Source of the DNA: Phoronis australis
Lineage: Eukaryota > Animalia > Phoronida
Direction of reading: 5' to 3'
Length of the DNA: 64,000 nucleotides
NCBI GenBank assembly: GCA_002633005.1
Contig: NMRA01000092.1
Location: 410,484-474,483 of the forward strand
Shown here: piece after piece, positions 38,516 through 52,460 of the stretch
Numbering within the stretch: the first letter of the stretch is position 1
Layout of the letters: every line of letters starts with the position of its first letter
Position numbers and translations under genes: made by a program
The notes under the pieces: generated by a model
Seen by the model: only the letters and a program-made list of their open reading frames with translations
Databases searched by the model: none
What the model was told of the DNA's origin: nothing

Positions 38516-40616
38516 CAGGGCTCGACATAACGAGCTGCAGGTCGCATTTGCGACCTGAAATTTTGAAATGCGAGCTGAGATTTTTGTCAGCTCGTATCAA
38601 GTCGCAAAATGCGACTTCGAATTTCCAACGAATGCGAGCTGAGTTTTTACACTTCTCAACAGATACCTGACAAATACAAAGCAACGCTTGTTAATCCGAC
38701 TGTTATTTGGTTGTTGCCAAATCCAAGTTCAAAAGAACACTAACCGAGAACAGCCCTCCCGATGACTTGTAAGCAAGTTGCGTGAACATGGGATATGCAG
38801 AATCGATCTTTGACGCGTTTCATTGGCTAACATTTTCGGCCACTTTTGTAAATTACCGAATTCGCCAAAGACAAAGAAAGTTTCGGCCACTGCTTAACAC
38901 GTGATAAAACTTCACAAACAACGATGTTTCTACTAATTCTTAAGCGATCAACTTACCAAACTTTGTGGTGGACAAAAATGTTTATTTTTCACATAAGATG
39001 TCCTTACATGTACCAAATATCCACGACAATATCCCTGATATCGCACTGCGGCACCGTTAGCGCGCAAGCGGTCCCGGCAGACAATCGTGACTTAGACTGA
39101 GATGTGCTTCTCCTTTTTATCGTATTAAGAAAGCCAAAGTGAAAATGACAACCTTATTAATCGCCAAATGACGGTCACGTCTTTACTTTCAGTTGCCAAA
39201 AAATTCTCAAACTCTTTACTTGTTTCTGGGGCTACGTGCGCGAAATATGATTTGTCTTTCACATGTTGTTGCCAACGTAAAGTGTTGGCCTACTCCAGCA
39301 ATTCAAGTGCGTGAACTCACGCGTGCGCACCACTGCAAAGAACAGCGACAGTCCCAAATGAAAGAGTATACCGTCCTGTTCCGATGTTTCCCGAGGTCGA
39401 CGTTCTGTAAACCCTGTATTCTATGCCCGTAGCCAGCTATTGCAACTAAACGGGCACTAGATGCGAAATTGTGGTTCAAGTTAGCGAACTTTCCATTCTT
39501 CTCTTTATACATCCCCCCGACAACTTTTCGCTCCCCGAACCACCGTCGCCGTAAAATGTTCAGACTCCTATAGAAACAACCTTGTTCTGGCTGAAGCGGG
39601 CAGTTAAAAACAAAATCATTCCGGGTGGCTAAAAAGGGTACAATTTAGGTGGTAACGGTATCCAGAAAGTCGCCCCTACTAGATGGAGTTTGCCTCGCAA
39701 AATCGCATTATTATAACGTCTCTTACCATTGCAGCGTTTTAATATCTTATTACCGCAAAAACTGAGGTTAACGACTATGCTCACGCACAAGCCTACTCCC
39801 TACCTTTAAAGTGTTTCATAATAAGCGCTCACTGATCTATTAAAAGTCCACCCTTAAATTTTGAGAATTTCCAATGAAGCGCTCACAGTTCAAGCTAGCG
39901 TCCATCATAGCGCACTACAAACGACCGCGTGTGGTTTAAAATTGACACGCAGCTTATATGGTGTGTCACTTTCATTTTACACAACTTCAGTGTTCAAAAA
40001 CGTCTTTTCACAATATGTAAAAACCAAATCCAGACTTTGTTTTATACCTCGGAAAGAAAGTTAACACTAGTGACATGCGTGTCGCTTTGTGACTGACCAA
40101 CTAGTATTTTTCCCGTACTTGGAAGGTATTGAGGAGCAAACTCGCCATTACCCGAGTTAGTTTGAATCGTTAACGACTTTGATAACAGTCAGTAGCAGGC
40201 CAGATCTAACAAAATCCCGGATACTTTTTCAACGGGAATTTTCTCCCTTTTCACATCGCAAATTTAGCTACTCGAATGCACAAGTCAGTTAGAGAGCACT
40301 GATTCAACTTTCACGTCGGCAACTTGCCTTGCGCTCTAGAGTCTTTCAATGGCGGTCGTGAAGAACAGTAAGGCCGTACCTGCATGAATGAAGTCAATTT
40401 TGAGATCCGAAATTTGTGAGTATTTAACGCTGCAGGTAAGAGCATAATCTAAACATTTTCTCGACGATCTAAAAAAAATTATTTTGGCGCGTAAAAATGG
40501 CGGGAAAATTTTGCGACCTGGCATTTACGAATGCGAGCTGGATTTTGAAAATGCGACCTGGGATTTTGGCTAGGTCGCAAAATGCGATCTGGCGATTTTA
40601 ATAGCGTCGAGCCCTG
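38516..40616. mobile_element. Non-autonomous hAT-like element with 5-bp TSD
   Basis: ATCCA|CAGGGCTCGAC ... GTCGAGCCCTG|ATCCA; subterminal GCGA(C/G)CTG repeats at both ends. Confidence 0.85.
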
Positions 40617-43292
40617 ATCCATGTGATATCGTTAACTCTGATCAGTGTTGAAAATCCACCGAGTATATCAATACGTACGGTCGTTTATCTTCAATCGTAC
40701 CCAATGTTTATAGTTTTTAGCTTATTAGTTCATCGATTTTTAAAAATCAAAACTATACTTGATTGTTTTTTTAGCTGATTTTAGCTGAATACCGCCATGG
40801 TGTTCATTCTTAATGAACATTATTGCATAATGCATTTTGAAAATTCGCCAGTATGTACAGGCAGAGATGTTTACTACTGTTTATAGTCGGGTAATTATTC
40901 TTAATTCGGTCTTGCTCGCACCGGACAATGCGGTCATCACAACTGTATCCGTCTTTGGCGCCGTGCTCACTAATGATCCTGGTAGAAGCCGCTCAGAAGG
41001 ACGAGCGGTGAAAATTCCCGCATATCTTTAGATATGCATGACTTCCTTGTAAGCGTATTATTCATGGTATATTTGCTAATATTTTGTTCGAATTAACACC
41101 AATCGAGTTAGGAACAAATTTTATCAACGTAAATGTTCTCAAATTGCCATATTAAAAAAATCTTATTGCGCAAGGGATGCATCAGTGGAACCTTGCGAAG
41201 GCTTTGATGACGGCAACGTCACCTGTCATTTACTTTGATGCCGTTGTTACTTTTGGTATGAACAGTTGAATTGACTTTGCAGTTTACATTGACGCTTCAC
41301 TCATTGTGGTACCAGAGTTAAGTTAGTGTGAAAGGACTTTTTGTTGTGGCATCAGAATTATTGCTAGTTCTAGAGATTAAACACCAGACAGCTAAGTTGA
41401 TTTGAACTTTTGATTGAACAGATTCCTTGTACTTCGCGATCTCAAGCTATTACTCCCATCAGAACGGAATTGACCTTTCCTATTGCAGGGGAAGTTGCTC
41501 AACTTTTCCTCTTAATCTACCTTTTTTGAGGGGAGTTATGCTTTCCCACTGATAGAAACTCAACAAAACATGGAGTTGTGGTGTTGCTAGGAAAGCTGCA
41601 GTAATCCATTTACAATAGTTGTTTGTTTAGGATGCACTGTGAACACACCTTGTCTGCAAGATTAATTTAGGGCTCTTGGGTCTAATGAATATAATTATTA
41701 TAAAATTGTGGAATGAATGTTCATAGCTGGCACCCTTACATAGTATTGAAATGATTATTGTTACCTGTCGGCGGCCAAGTTTGGCGATCACCAGGCACCA
41801 CCCACTGGTGGCCACATGACATGGAAATCCCCGCCAGTGCCTTGGCGAAGGGCCCAGGATGGGCCCAAAAGCTTTGTTCTCAAATATACCCAGGTTGCCG
41901 ATAGGTAACAATCTTTATTTTTTGGCTTATTCCTCATTCAGGTTCTAAGTTATTTCTTGGGAAGAACTGTGGGTTTATTATTGCTCTGAGCCAGGGCCAA
42001 TTAAAGTTGGCTTGATCCAGTGGGCCATTTATGCACTGAGCATAGCCTCAGGCAATAACTTCACGAACATTCTTTCCAAGCTCAAGAAACACTTCTAATC
42101 TGAGTGAGGTATAAGTCGAGACAATTTTTGTAATGGTCCCGTTTTAGCCCTATTGGTGGTGAAAAGGCAACTTTGCCCTTTTTGCAGAAGGTGTTTTTAG
42201 CATTGAAAAAGACCTCATTAAAGGCATACTTAGCATCTTGTTTGTATATTCATTCAGATAAGATTTTGGAGCTTTTTGACATGACCAATTTCCCACTACT
42301 CTGTATACAGTTTGGAATTCATGAATTGCTTCTGAAGGTAGAAGATGGAAATGACCATGTTGGCAATTCTTTTTGTGTGAATTAGGTCTAGAATTATTGA
42401 ATGCATCCCAAACCTAATTAGAAATATTATTTTTAATCGGCGATTTTGACTTGATCTATGACTATTTCTCCATTTGTCCTTTAATAACCGTAGCTCAATG
42501 TCAGTGTACTTTATAATCGCCGTTCGCTAAACGTGAGACTGGAATGAAAAACATGGAAAGTGCTATTACGATAGGACGCTTTTCAAATGTGCACTTTATT
42601 TTTTCCAAGTGCTTAGTTTGTTCCCTTGGATTTCAGGTTCTATCCCCTTTTCAAACTATTATTTGATCAAACCAGCGCAATTGCATTTGTGAGCACATTC
42701 CCTGTTTTTCAAGTTGTTTTCTCAGTGAGCTATGTTCCTAGCCCCTCCATTATCAGGCTTGTAATACTCAAGCCCATGAATGGCCCCAGTTATAGTACAC
42801 AATAACACTCTATAATTGTCCACATTGAGAACACAAACTGCTATAATCCATTCAAGTGGACTTGCACAATGCCTTTCACATCTGTAGGAAAACAAGCAGT
42901 GTACATAAACCTCTTTCACCATTCATAAATAGCACATTTCTCTGGGGCTATGTTATAGTTTCTGGTTGTTTATGTAGTAGGGGATCCATTTCATTTAAGC
43001 ACGTTGGACCCCCTGCCATAAACTTCTAGCCTGTAAGTTTGTTATAGAAAATAGTTAACAACTAATTGTCATCATTTGTTCACTTGCTCTACCGTATTAT
43101 TTTTTTTACTTTGCCATTATCAGAAATGGAGGTGGCCCATTGAAATAAGATTTGTCGCTGGATGGTGTTGAACTTAAAATGTTTGTTAAATCTTCAGTGC
43201 CACCTTAATAGGTGATATGGAGACAGATAAAAGTGGTGTTGTGTGGTATTTATTATTATTTTTAGCAGTCATAACGTCATCCTAGGAACCAG

Positions 43293-43540
43293 GGGCCCGT
43301 TCCAACAAAACTGACTTAGCTAAGTCAAATCTTAAATTTCAATGAATTTTAAAATTAAAGTTAAATTTGTCTCAAATCCAATCCAAGAAAGAGATCTTAA
43401 GTTTGACTTAAGTGTTTGACATACGTTTTGTCTGAATTTTGACTAACTTACCGAATGTGGAAGTTTCAAAGTTTGGAAGTTAAGACAAATCTTAAACTTA
43501 AGTCAAATATGAACTTAAGTCAGTTTCTTGGAACAGGCCC
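43293..43540. mobile_element. Harbinger-like MITE
   Basis: CAG|GGGCCYGTTCCAA.AAACTGACTTA TIR with CAG duplication; related ends near 13068 and 30147. Confidence 0.8.
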
Positions 43541-45780
43541 CAGAACTTCAGGTTCCTAGGGCCATCAAATCATATTTTTTGTGTTGTGAATGCTCAAATG
43601 ACTTGTTTAAAATGCCAATGTCGAGAAATATCCTTTGTCTTTGTCAGCTTGACTCATCTTGCCGTGCGAAATTTAGCATTTGAAGTTAGATTGGAGCTCG
43701 CACCATCGAGGCTGAGATGTTGTACATCTGATGTTTCATTGTTGTTAAAATGGGATTTCATTTTCATGTGATTGTTGGTACAAAGTGTCTTATGTACAAG
43801 TACATGAAATAGCCTCATGGTTGAACATATTTTCAAGCAAACTGGTGTGAATTTTTCACTGAGAAACCCTGTTCACTTATTTTATAATGGTTATGATGTA
43901 CATATTTGTTGATGGTGCCACTATCTACATGAGCTGTCTATTTCCCAAGTCACATAAGGTACAGAAATTTATCACCTGTTTAGCTTGGCTTGAACAGTCT
44001 TGATTGCATAAAACAACATTTAGTGAAAGTTTCAATGATTTACAGCTAGGAGAATCAGCGTCTGAAAAATAGAAAAAAAGACCATTTTGTCACCTAGTCC
44101 TATATTTGGGCTAAATAAGTAAAGAATTACTGTATGAAATAACTATCCAGTTTTCATGCCCAATCATGTTTCAGAACAGATTCAAATTGGCCAATTACCA
44201 GAGTGGAAACTAGTTGCATTTTAGTCACATTGTCTATCATATGTCCCTTGTCATTTGAACTGTTTGTTCATCATGGAGGTTGTTGAAACTTACATTCTCT
44301 GGTTATAGTGAGAACTGGACTTCTGATCATTTCTTGTCATCCAACCTTGACAAAACATTGCCACTTGACACCATATCAAACAATGGAAAATAGACTGAGC
44401 CAATACCAAATGTGAACATTACTACAACTTCATCTGATAGAATAAATACCAGTATAGTCAATACTTGATAAGAACCGGAATTCATTCAGAAATAAAGTGG
44501 CTGTGCACTGAGTAACACACTTTCTTACTTTAACATGCTGCCTGGCTCTGTGGTAATTCACCTTTTGATTCACACAAAAATAATAAGTCAAAACTGTTTT
44601 TTCATTTTTAAAATTCAGATTACTCTGTTACAAATAATAGAAACGTTGCTAAATTTTATTTTTAGTACCTACATAGTACTATGCTAGTAATAATTCTGAT
44701 TCACGCGGCGGATATTGAAATCCAAAGCGAGGCTCACTGTGATAAACAAAGCGTAAGTTGACATTGCGTGAGTTGAATTTCTGGTCTTTCGAGTCCAACC
44801 TGGATACGAAATATTAAAAATGCGTCACTAACTAACCACAGAGATGTGAGAAAATACATAAAGAGCAAGTAAATGCACCAAAGAGTTGTCTGACGAATGG
44901 GTATAAGTATTTCGGTAAGCTAGATTAGAAACATGAAAAGTAAATATGACCGCAGCGATCGTGATACGGATTAGGTATATGGTGAATGCAAAGTTACGCT
45001 TCTTATAAATTGTTGATAAAAAAATGCTTCCTACACGAACTAGGTCATCTGCTTGTACTTTTGAGGAGTTGAAGATATATTTGACAGTGGTGGCTCATTG
45101 CATTTTGCTGTCATGTGCAAGCCTGGTCTCTTATCTTTTTACTCGAAATGGGACTCGAAATTATGTGTATTATTCTATGCTCGAGCACATAATGACTTAC
45201 GTGGATAATTTATTAGTTCGAGTTTGCAGTTGATAAACCCAAAATTAAGGCTAAAAGTTTGAGTTTTATCTGGAAATTTCGAGTTTTTCCTCGAGTTTGT
45301 AGCACGAATATAAGGGTCTTCCAAGTGCAAACTTGGACTAGAAACTCATGGGCAAAAACTATAATGTATTCGAGTACAGTCTGATAACCACTTATATTGA
45401 GTTCGCACAAAAGGAGCACAGAAATTGACAAAAATAATTTTGAGTTCGTTTCGAGTACAAAGATCAGCATAGCCTAGGTCCTGGTAGTGAGATAGGGACT
45501 TAGGGACTAACAGTTGATTTGTCATTGATCTGCAGGAATGTTATTAAATATATTCTTATTAAAACAAAAATCCAGGCTTGTAATTGAAACTAAAAATTAT
45601 TTGACCATCAATACTGCTTTCTCGATTTTGATAATTCTTACATCTATTTCATGTGTTAGGTTTCAAATATCAATCTGGACTAAGTTCGTCCAAAGCATAA
45701 CCTGAAAAAATAACCCATCTCGTTTTAGAGCTCAATTTCAGTTAACTGGGCAGAGCAAGCATATAGTTATCATGTTTCTT

Positions 45781-46157
45781 CAGGGGCCTCGTTCATCCGA
45801 GGGAAAGGTGCCTGTGCTTTCTGAGCGGGAAATTTTTTTGCTGACTGAGGAGCAATTCTACCTCCCGATCACCGTCAGTGGCATCCCCTCCCTGTTAATT
45901 GCAAGCTCTCATAGGCTCTATCTCAAGTATCATTTTGTGCTCTTTCAAATTGTCACCTGTGTGGTTACAGGTGATTTGAACTTCGAGACAAAATTTGCAA
46001 TTTTTATGCCTTGTGGGGGAAATTTCGTGTCATTTTTCACTATTTTTGAGAGGGAAATAGGGCCGATATTCGGTCCCAAAATGGAGGGATTGAGGACCAT
46101 GTTCTTTTTGGAAAGAAATGCATCATGTTTCAATCCGTAGTCTTGAAAATACAGCCT
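45781..46157. mobile_element. hAT-like MITE (same family as 54173-54439, opposite orientation)
   Basis: CAGGGGCCTCGTTCA start; shared internal CAATTCYACC..CCC motif. Confidence 0.45.
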
Positions 46158-46251
46158 GGCTGGCCAAAGATTCACCAGTCGTTGCTATGATGCTCGGCAA
46201 CTGAGATACGACAAAATGTGATCAAACTTTCAAAAAAATTATCAATTTTAC

Positions 46252-46404
46252 CTGGAAAAATTTTCCTTCGTTGCGGTGTATGGCAACGACCCTACGTTTC
46301 CGAATATCAACGTCCTTAGGGATTGTGAAAAAAGACAGTTGAATGTCCGTATTTTTTCTATTGCCGTCCGAGCAACGCGGAACACAACTTTGCTGATTAG
46401 CCAT
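46252..46404 (-). pseudogene. THAP N-terminal exon remnant
   Basis: MANQQSCVPRC...LSFFTIPKDVDIRKRRVVAIHRNEGKFFQ|gtaaaa; first Cys and conserved Trp lost. Confidence 0.65.
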
Positions 46405-47873
46405 TTAATGGAGCTATCGCAGTGAGCCTCGTTTTGGAGTGGGCTTCTTGTCTGCATGACTTAGGCTAAAATTTTCTTAATCTTTATTTTTATGGGAATA
46501 TTTGACAAAATAAATTTTTACGTGTCGGCCATACGGTGTGCTAAATACAAGAACAATTACCATATTATGAATCAGGAACTACTTTTCATTAGGTATGTAG
46601 GTATGTGCCCCAAAGAATGACTTGCCCACCATTCTAGCGTTCCTATTAATTTGTACTCATTCTTGGTCATTAGAGAAGACTACACTGGTGATGAATTTGA
46701 ATTCCGCTCAGCCATCGCTAAGGGGAATTCCGGGTCATTTTGTTCGAATACTTTTGATGTTTACTGTAGATATTGTAGGATCACAGTGCATTCAAAATCC
46801 GACAGCACTAAAATACTCCGGGATTGAGTTTGCAGCACATCCCTAACAACTCCAATGGGAGAGCCCAGGGGGAGTCTCTCATTAGGCCACCTTTTGATTG
46901 TGATCACGTGGATTATGAAATACTGGAAATAAAATCCTATCACAATAAGGTGACTGAACTGTAGTTGGTGCAGTGATACAAGAATGAGTGACATAGGATG
47001 TTGGGATGGTGTGGGGTGGAGGTATCTGACACCTAAAGACCATGCATTTGCATAGTTCCCTAGATTTTCCATTTAACTGATTTTGACACACAATTCTTTA
47101 ACCATTTTGCCAGAGTTCTGACCAAAAATAAAAACTTTGCAACCTTTAAAACATCAAAAATGACTGCATTCTCGGTCAAGAATGGTAATTTTTGATTTTC
47201 AACACTTAGCATGAAGAAACTGGTCTCGTTCTTTTCATTGCTCATATGAGTAATGTTTGGGCATGAGAGGAATTGTCAGTATTATTTTTGAGATAGTGAT
47301 CATGCTTGGTGTAGAAAATGAACCAGTCTACAACAAGTTCTCTTCTCTATTTGCCCAGTGCCGTAGTTTTTCTTTTCAGTCACAACTTTCTTGTGTCTAC
47401 TGTAAATAGTAGATACCCGTACAGGAGTTCATTCAAGATTTCAGAAATAGGGCGTCAAAATGTGTTTCCCAATTTCTCGAGGCAACCATGACCAATGACC
47501 CGTGACAACGTTTTTATAACCCCAAAATAGATTGTTGTTTAAGTGTGGTATGTTATTGTAGAAACATGGGTCTTCAATAAAGTTTACCGGATCTAATACT
47601 ACATGATATGTTGACTAACTTTTTCATTCTGTACAGGCCAATGAGCTCTCAGAGCTGTTGTTCAAGCAAGTTAAAAGGAACACCAATGCTTACTTCCTTA
47701 CTACACGCGAACGTTCAAATGGTGAACACTGGGAATCCAAACTAAGGGACTAAATTTGAGTAAGGGTGTTCATTGCGACCCTCACACTCAATCATAGTAT
47801 TGAATATATTACCTCACTAGTTTAGTTATAAACGATAATTCATCTTTCGACTTGCAGTGAGCGAATTTACAAT

Positions 47874-48051
47874 TTGTGTTAGCTGAGGTGACTTGAACAG
47901 GAAAAAAAAAACAATAATCACATCAAAATACAACTGTATAGCCCATAGGTGTCAGGCTTGTTGTGTTAGCTGAGGTGACTTGAACAGGAAAAGACCAATA
48001 ATCACATCAAAATACGACTGTACCGCCCATAGTGTCACGCTTGTTGTGTTA
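47874..48051. repeat. Tandem duplication of about 87 bp
   Basis: Two copies starting TTGTGTTAGCTGAGGTGACTTGAACAGGAAAA. Confidence 0.9.
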
Positions 48052-49495
48052 AACTAATCAATGCTGCTCTTCTTTACTGGTAAAAATTAACACTGACATT
48101 AAACGGCTTTTGTAACGCGCTTGTCCAACGTGTCCATGTCAATAACCTTAGCTAATAGCTAATCTACCAATCATTTCAGTCTATGGATAAATGTTTTCTA
48201 ACTAGCTGGATTTTCCTGTTTGAAGAGTGAGTATTAAGGGTTCATTTGTCATTTGGTTGACACAACTCAAACCTCAGATTGTTAGTTAGTACAGATCCAG
48301 TGCCGGTGATAGATGGTGTTTTTGTGCATGTAAGCAATTGATAATCATCTCAAAGTGCTTAAAGTGTAGTAATAACATACTATTTGAAGCTTTCAATTGG
48401 TAACATTTACTGTGACATGTTTCGGTGGAGAATAAAGCCCCTTGTAGTGCTTGGAATACAACTTGCTTTTGGTGTGTACCTCAGTGCATAATGACACTTA
48501 CGCACTGTTGCCATCTAAATTTATGAATATTTACTTGCCTTATTTGAGCGAAATAATTCCAACGAATCGATATTTACTCTTCAGGAGTGGATTTGTTTGT
48601 AGCTAGTGACATCACTATGTTATTGGTATTGTAATAATCTTGAAGAGGCTCAGCTATCACTTGATGACAACACAAAGATAAGTCATAAATGTATCTTTCA
48701 CATTATCCATTGTCAGTCAAGATATCATGCCATTTGCTGAAGGATGTTAGAATAGTGTTTATAACCAGCAGTTCTTGCCTGAGGCGAGGGCGTATTATCA
48801 CTGATGATTTTGATTATCTACCCTGACAGTTTTCCCTCAAGTAGTCCCCCCTGTTGGGAAAGTGTGAAATCTGTTTAGTTGGTTTCTCTAGGCCTTTTCC
48901 CATTAAGTTAAATCGTTACTCTAGGAAAATATCAACTCTAAAACATTGCCTGGTGATGACAGGACCTGTGGAGTTATAGCAAGGTAGTGCTGCAATTCTA
49001 AGGTCAGAATTTTTGGTATGTGAATTTTTTAATTAAGAAGATGCAAGTACATTATTTGGAAACAGCTAAAATGCTTATTGAATGTTTTGAAGAAAATGCT
49101 CACTAATTTTTAGTAATCTGTGCCATTGTTGAAAGCAAGATCCGCTGATAACTTCTATGACGTGACGCAGAAGTTAAGCATTCCGCTTACGATGCGATGC
49201 GTGATGCACACTGATGCTTCGTTGTTAAGTCTACCTTTTACTGTGAAGACGAGCTGTCCTTTTAACTTGGATCTCAGACCAAATTTAAGCATTTCGTCTG
49301 ACTGACGCTTCCCTAAACACCGAAGAAGCGTTGACCGTTAATGGGAAACTGTCTTTAGAAAGGGAAAAGTAACTGCTGTTAAATTATAGATTTTCACAGG
49401 TCATTCCCTTATTCTTGAGCGTAGTCTTCATCTTGAGTGACAGTATTTCTGCCCCAGGGTGTATTTTCTATGAACTTTCATGTGGTTCTTTTCAG

Positions 49496-49576
49496 ATGAA
49501 TTTCTAGGACCATGTTGATGAACCAGTAGGCAACAGTTTTGACCTCTCATTTGCTTATGGCTGGCAGAGAAACACG
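49496..49576 (+). other. Candidate 5'UTR exon of the FAM53-like gene, with uORFs
   Basis: ttcttttcag|ATGAAT...AAACACG|gtaagt; strong splice sites 4.2 kb upstream of the first coding exon, which itself starts with an acceptor. Confidence 0.6.
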
Positions 49577-50377
49577 GTAAGTACAGTGACCTCTCAGACA
49601 AGGTAGTTATAACATTTGCAGTCTATGCTAACATAATATTTACCATACAAATTATGTATTGAAAAGCGTGCACAGGGTTGAAGTTTTTTACACACCCTGT
49701 TTTGACTTGACTCTGCGTTGAGTTTGAACTTTATTGTGACTTGCTTTGAGTTTGAAAATCCATGCAACGAGATTTAAGTATTGGGAAATTTGTTATTTTT
49801 CATGCAAATGAGGACGTTTTGGATTTTTGGTACTAGCTCAATGTATTTATTTCAAGACTTAACACACAAACTCCCCACAGTATGGACATCGAGTTTCAAA
49901 CTTGTGGTACATGAATGTAATTATAATTCCAGTCGCATTTGTTGAGGAGAACACTGAGTTGCCCTTTTTTCTAGCAGGTCACCATGGCAACGATTTATGC
50001 CAAAAAAGTGCACATGCATTGTGTATTACATTGTGCGCAGGAAATCCTCACCTGTTAAGTGCACAATATGGTGTGAAATTTGTAACTATGTTTTGCCGAA
50101 TTTGGTAATGAAAATCAACATTGAGAAAATTATGCTTTGTTGTGCTATTCAGCCACAATGAATTAACACTTAGCTATGCAGCCACCATGAATCAACACTT
50201 AATGTATTTTTTAGTAGAATTCTGCAGTAGTGCCTCTCTGATGCAGATTTCATTAAAAAAGATTCAACATTGATTGTTAGATAACTTCTGTAGCCATTTT
50301 TCATATTGTCTAAAATTACTCTTCACTGTGTGGATCGCATCTGTGCGGTGGCTCGATCCTGATAGACATCATTAAAT

Positions 50378-50520
50378 ATGGGCGGCACACCATAGGGGGC
50401 TGGGGGGGGCTTTAGGCTCCCACTTTTTTCATTGCTCCGGCACCCATGGTCTATGGGCGGTGTACCACGGGGGGCTGGGGGACTATAGCCCCCACTTTTT
50501 TCAGTGCTGCGCCGCCCATG
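50378..50520. mobile_element. Tandem pair of short GC-rich MITEs
   Basis: Two units of about 70 bp, ATGGGCGG...CCCATG. Confidence 0.6.
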
Positions 50521-50599
50521 TTAAAAAAACGAACGATACACAAATTAACTTGGACCGCAGTACTTCAAAAGTACCCTAAATTCATATAAGGCAAGAAAT

Positions 50600-50755
50600 A
50601 AAATGAGACCTCATTGAGTAGAGACATCTTAGTAAAGGTCATGCCATAACAAACCATGGTATGCCAAAAACCCTATTGCTATGTTGTGCATGGTTTGTTA
50701 TGTCATGACCTTTACAATCATGATCTCTCTCTACTACTCAGTGAGGTCTCATTTT
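50600..50755. mobile_element. Palindromic MITE
   Basis: AAATGAGACCTCAYTGAGTAG arms plus internal AAAGGTCATG.CATAACAAACCATG arms. Confidence 0.75.
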
Positions 50756-52460
50756 TATGTGCCCACATATTTATATGTGGTCGCATATTACTGTCATCTC
50801 TGTGTGGGCATCCGGGCGTTCGTAGCTGTGTCTCCTAAACCCCTCGATGATATTTGGCAGATGTGTTCCTATGAAGCTGATGACGAATGATGACGAATTT
50901 CGGACCTCTACGACTACCGGTGTGCCCCCTAGTGGCAATATTAGTTTTTTTACGCTTACCTCTGTATCTTCGGAGGTCCTCAACAGATTTTCATAAAATT
51001 TGGGAGTTTGGGAGATGATGCCATCCTCCCATTTTCAGATGCATTCAAGGTACTTTGCGCCACCTAGTGGCCATTTTTACTGTTTTCAAGTCTGTTTTTT
51101 GGTGTCCACTGTCCACCCTTCTATCAACCATACCCCTGTGGCGATGATTTTGAAAAAATGGCTGATATGTTCTTTCTGTTAAGAGGGCGGCTGACGATGA
51201 TTTTCCGACAGTTTTTTACTACTATTACACCTCCTAGTGGTAATTTTGTTAGTCTTTGCGCCCATGGCTGTACCTCCTAAATGCTCCACAGAACCTTTAT
51301 TGAATTTTGATGATGTATTTATATGTAGTTGACAACAAAGGTTGGCGACTTTCGGATGGATGGGACTACCAGTGTGCCCCCTAGCTTCAGTTTTTAGTTT
51401 TTATATGTTTACCTCTGTATCTTCAAAGGCCATCAACAGATTTTTATAAAATTTGGCAGTTTGGCACCTGTTAGTGAGATGGCGCTATTCTCAGGTTTTT
51501 GGTTGCAGTCAAGGCACCTAGTGGCCATTGTTACTGTTTTTGAGTCTGTTTTTGGCATCTGATCCTCTGTCAACCTAACAACTCTAAGGAAGATTGTGGA
51601 AATTGCCATGTATGCTCCTAATGTGAAGATGAGGGCTGGCGATGATTTTTCGACGACCTTGACAACTGTGGCACCTTTTAGTGGTAGTTTTTTTTTTCGC
51701 CCATGGCTGAATCTCCTTAACCATCTGCAAGATCTTTATTAAATTTAGCAAGTATATGTATATGAACTTGACAACAAACGACGACTTTGGGATGGATCAC
51801 ACTACCGGTGTGCCCCTTAGTGCAAATTTTAGTTTTTTATTTTTACCTCTGTATCTTCAAAGGTCCTCTACGTATTTTCACAAAATTTGGCAGACGGGCA
51901 TCTATTAGTGAGTTGACGCTATCCTCCGGTTTCCGCTTTGATTCAAGATATTTTGCACCACCTAGTGGCCATTTTTACTGTATTAGCACTTTCCTTTGCT
52001 CTTAATTTATTTGAGCGCTGCAGTCGGCCAATCTGAACACAAGGGGCATTTCATGAAAAATGACCTGTGAAATGAGTGGTGCAGCCACATTGACATAATT
52101 AGTTAATAATGCTTGGAACTTAATTGCATTGGTAATATTTGACAGTTTGACGTCACCAACACTTGGCTGTTTAAACAAGTCTACAAGGACTGCACCCAAC
52201 CTGTACCAAAGTTCAGGCTTATGGATATCTGGGAGAATTCTGTTAAAATTCACTCGTTCATGTTGTATTGTATCGAAGTTGTGATGCAGATCCAGTGGCT
52301 GGTTTGAAACAGAATACACAAAATACTGTTATTGATCTGTACAGTTTTGGCGACAAGCTTTCTGTTGTGTTTAGCCTTGTAAAAATGTTGACATAATCTG
52401 CAAGTTTGCCATGGCATAGTCATGAGGGCATGTTTCTCCTATCGGAAATTGGTCTATTGT
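50752..52460 (+). mobile_element. Helentron/HINE-like element with an internal higher-order tandem repeat
   Basis: 5' TTTTTATGTGCCC plus inverted repeat; 3' GGGCAT...TTGT; about 3 copies of a 440-455 bp unit built of ~145-bp subunits. Confidence 0.6.

Noticed and set aside
41950-43200. Possible LINE/Penelope remnant
   Set aside because: No RT or endonuclease motif could be recognised in the frames read.
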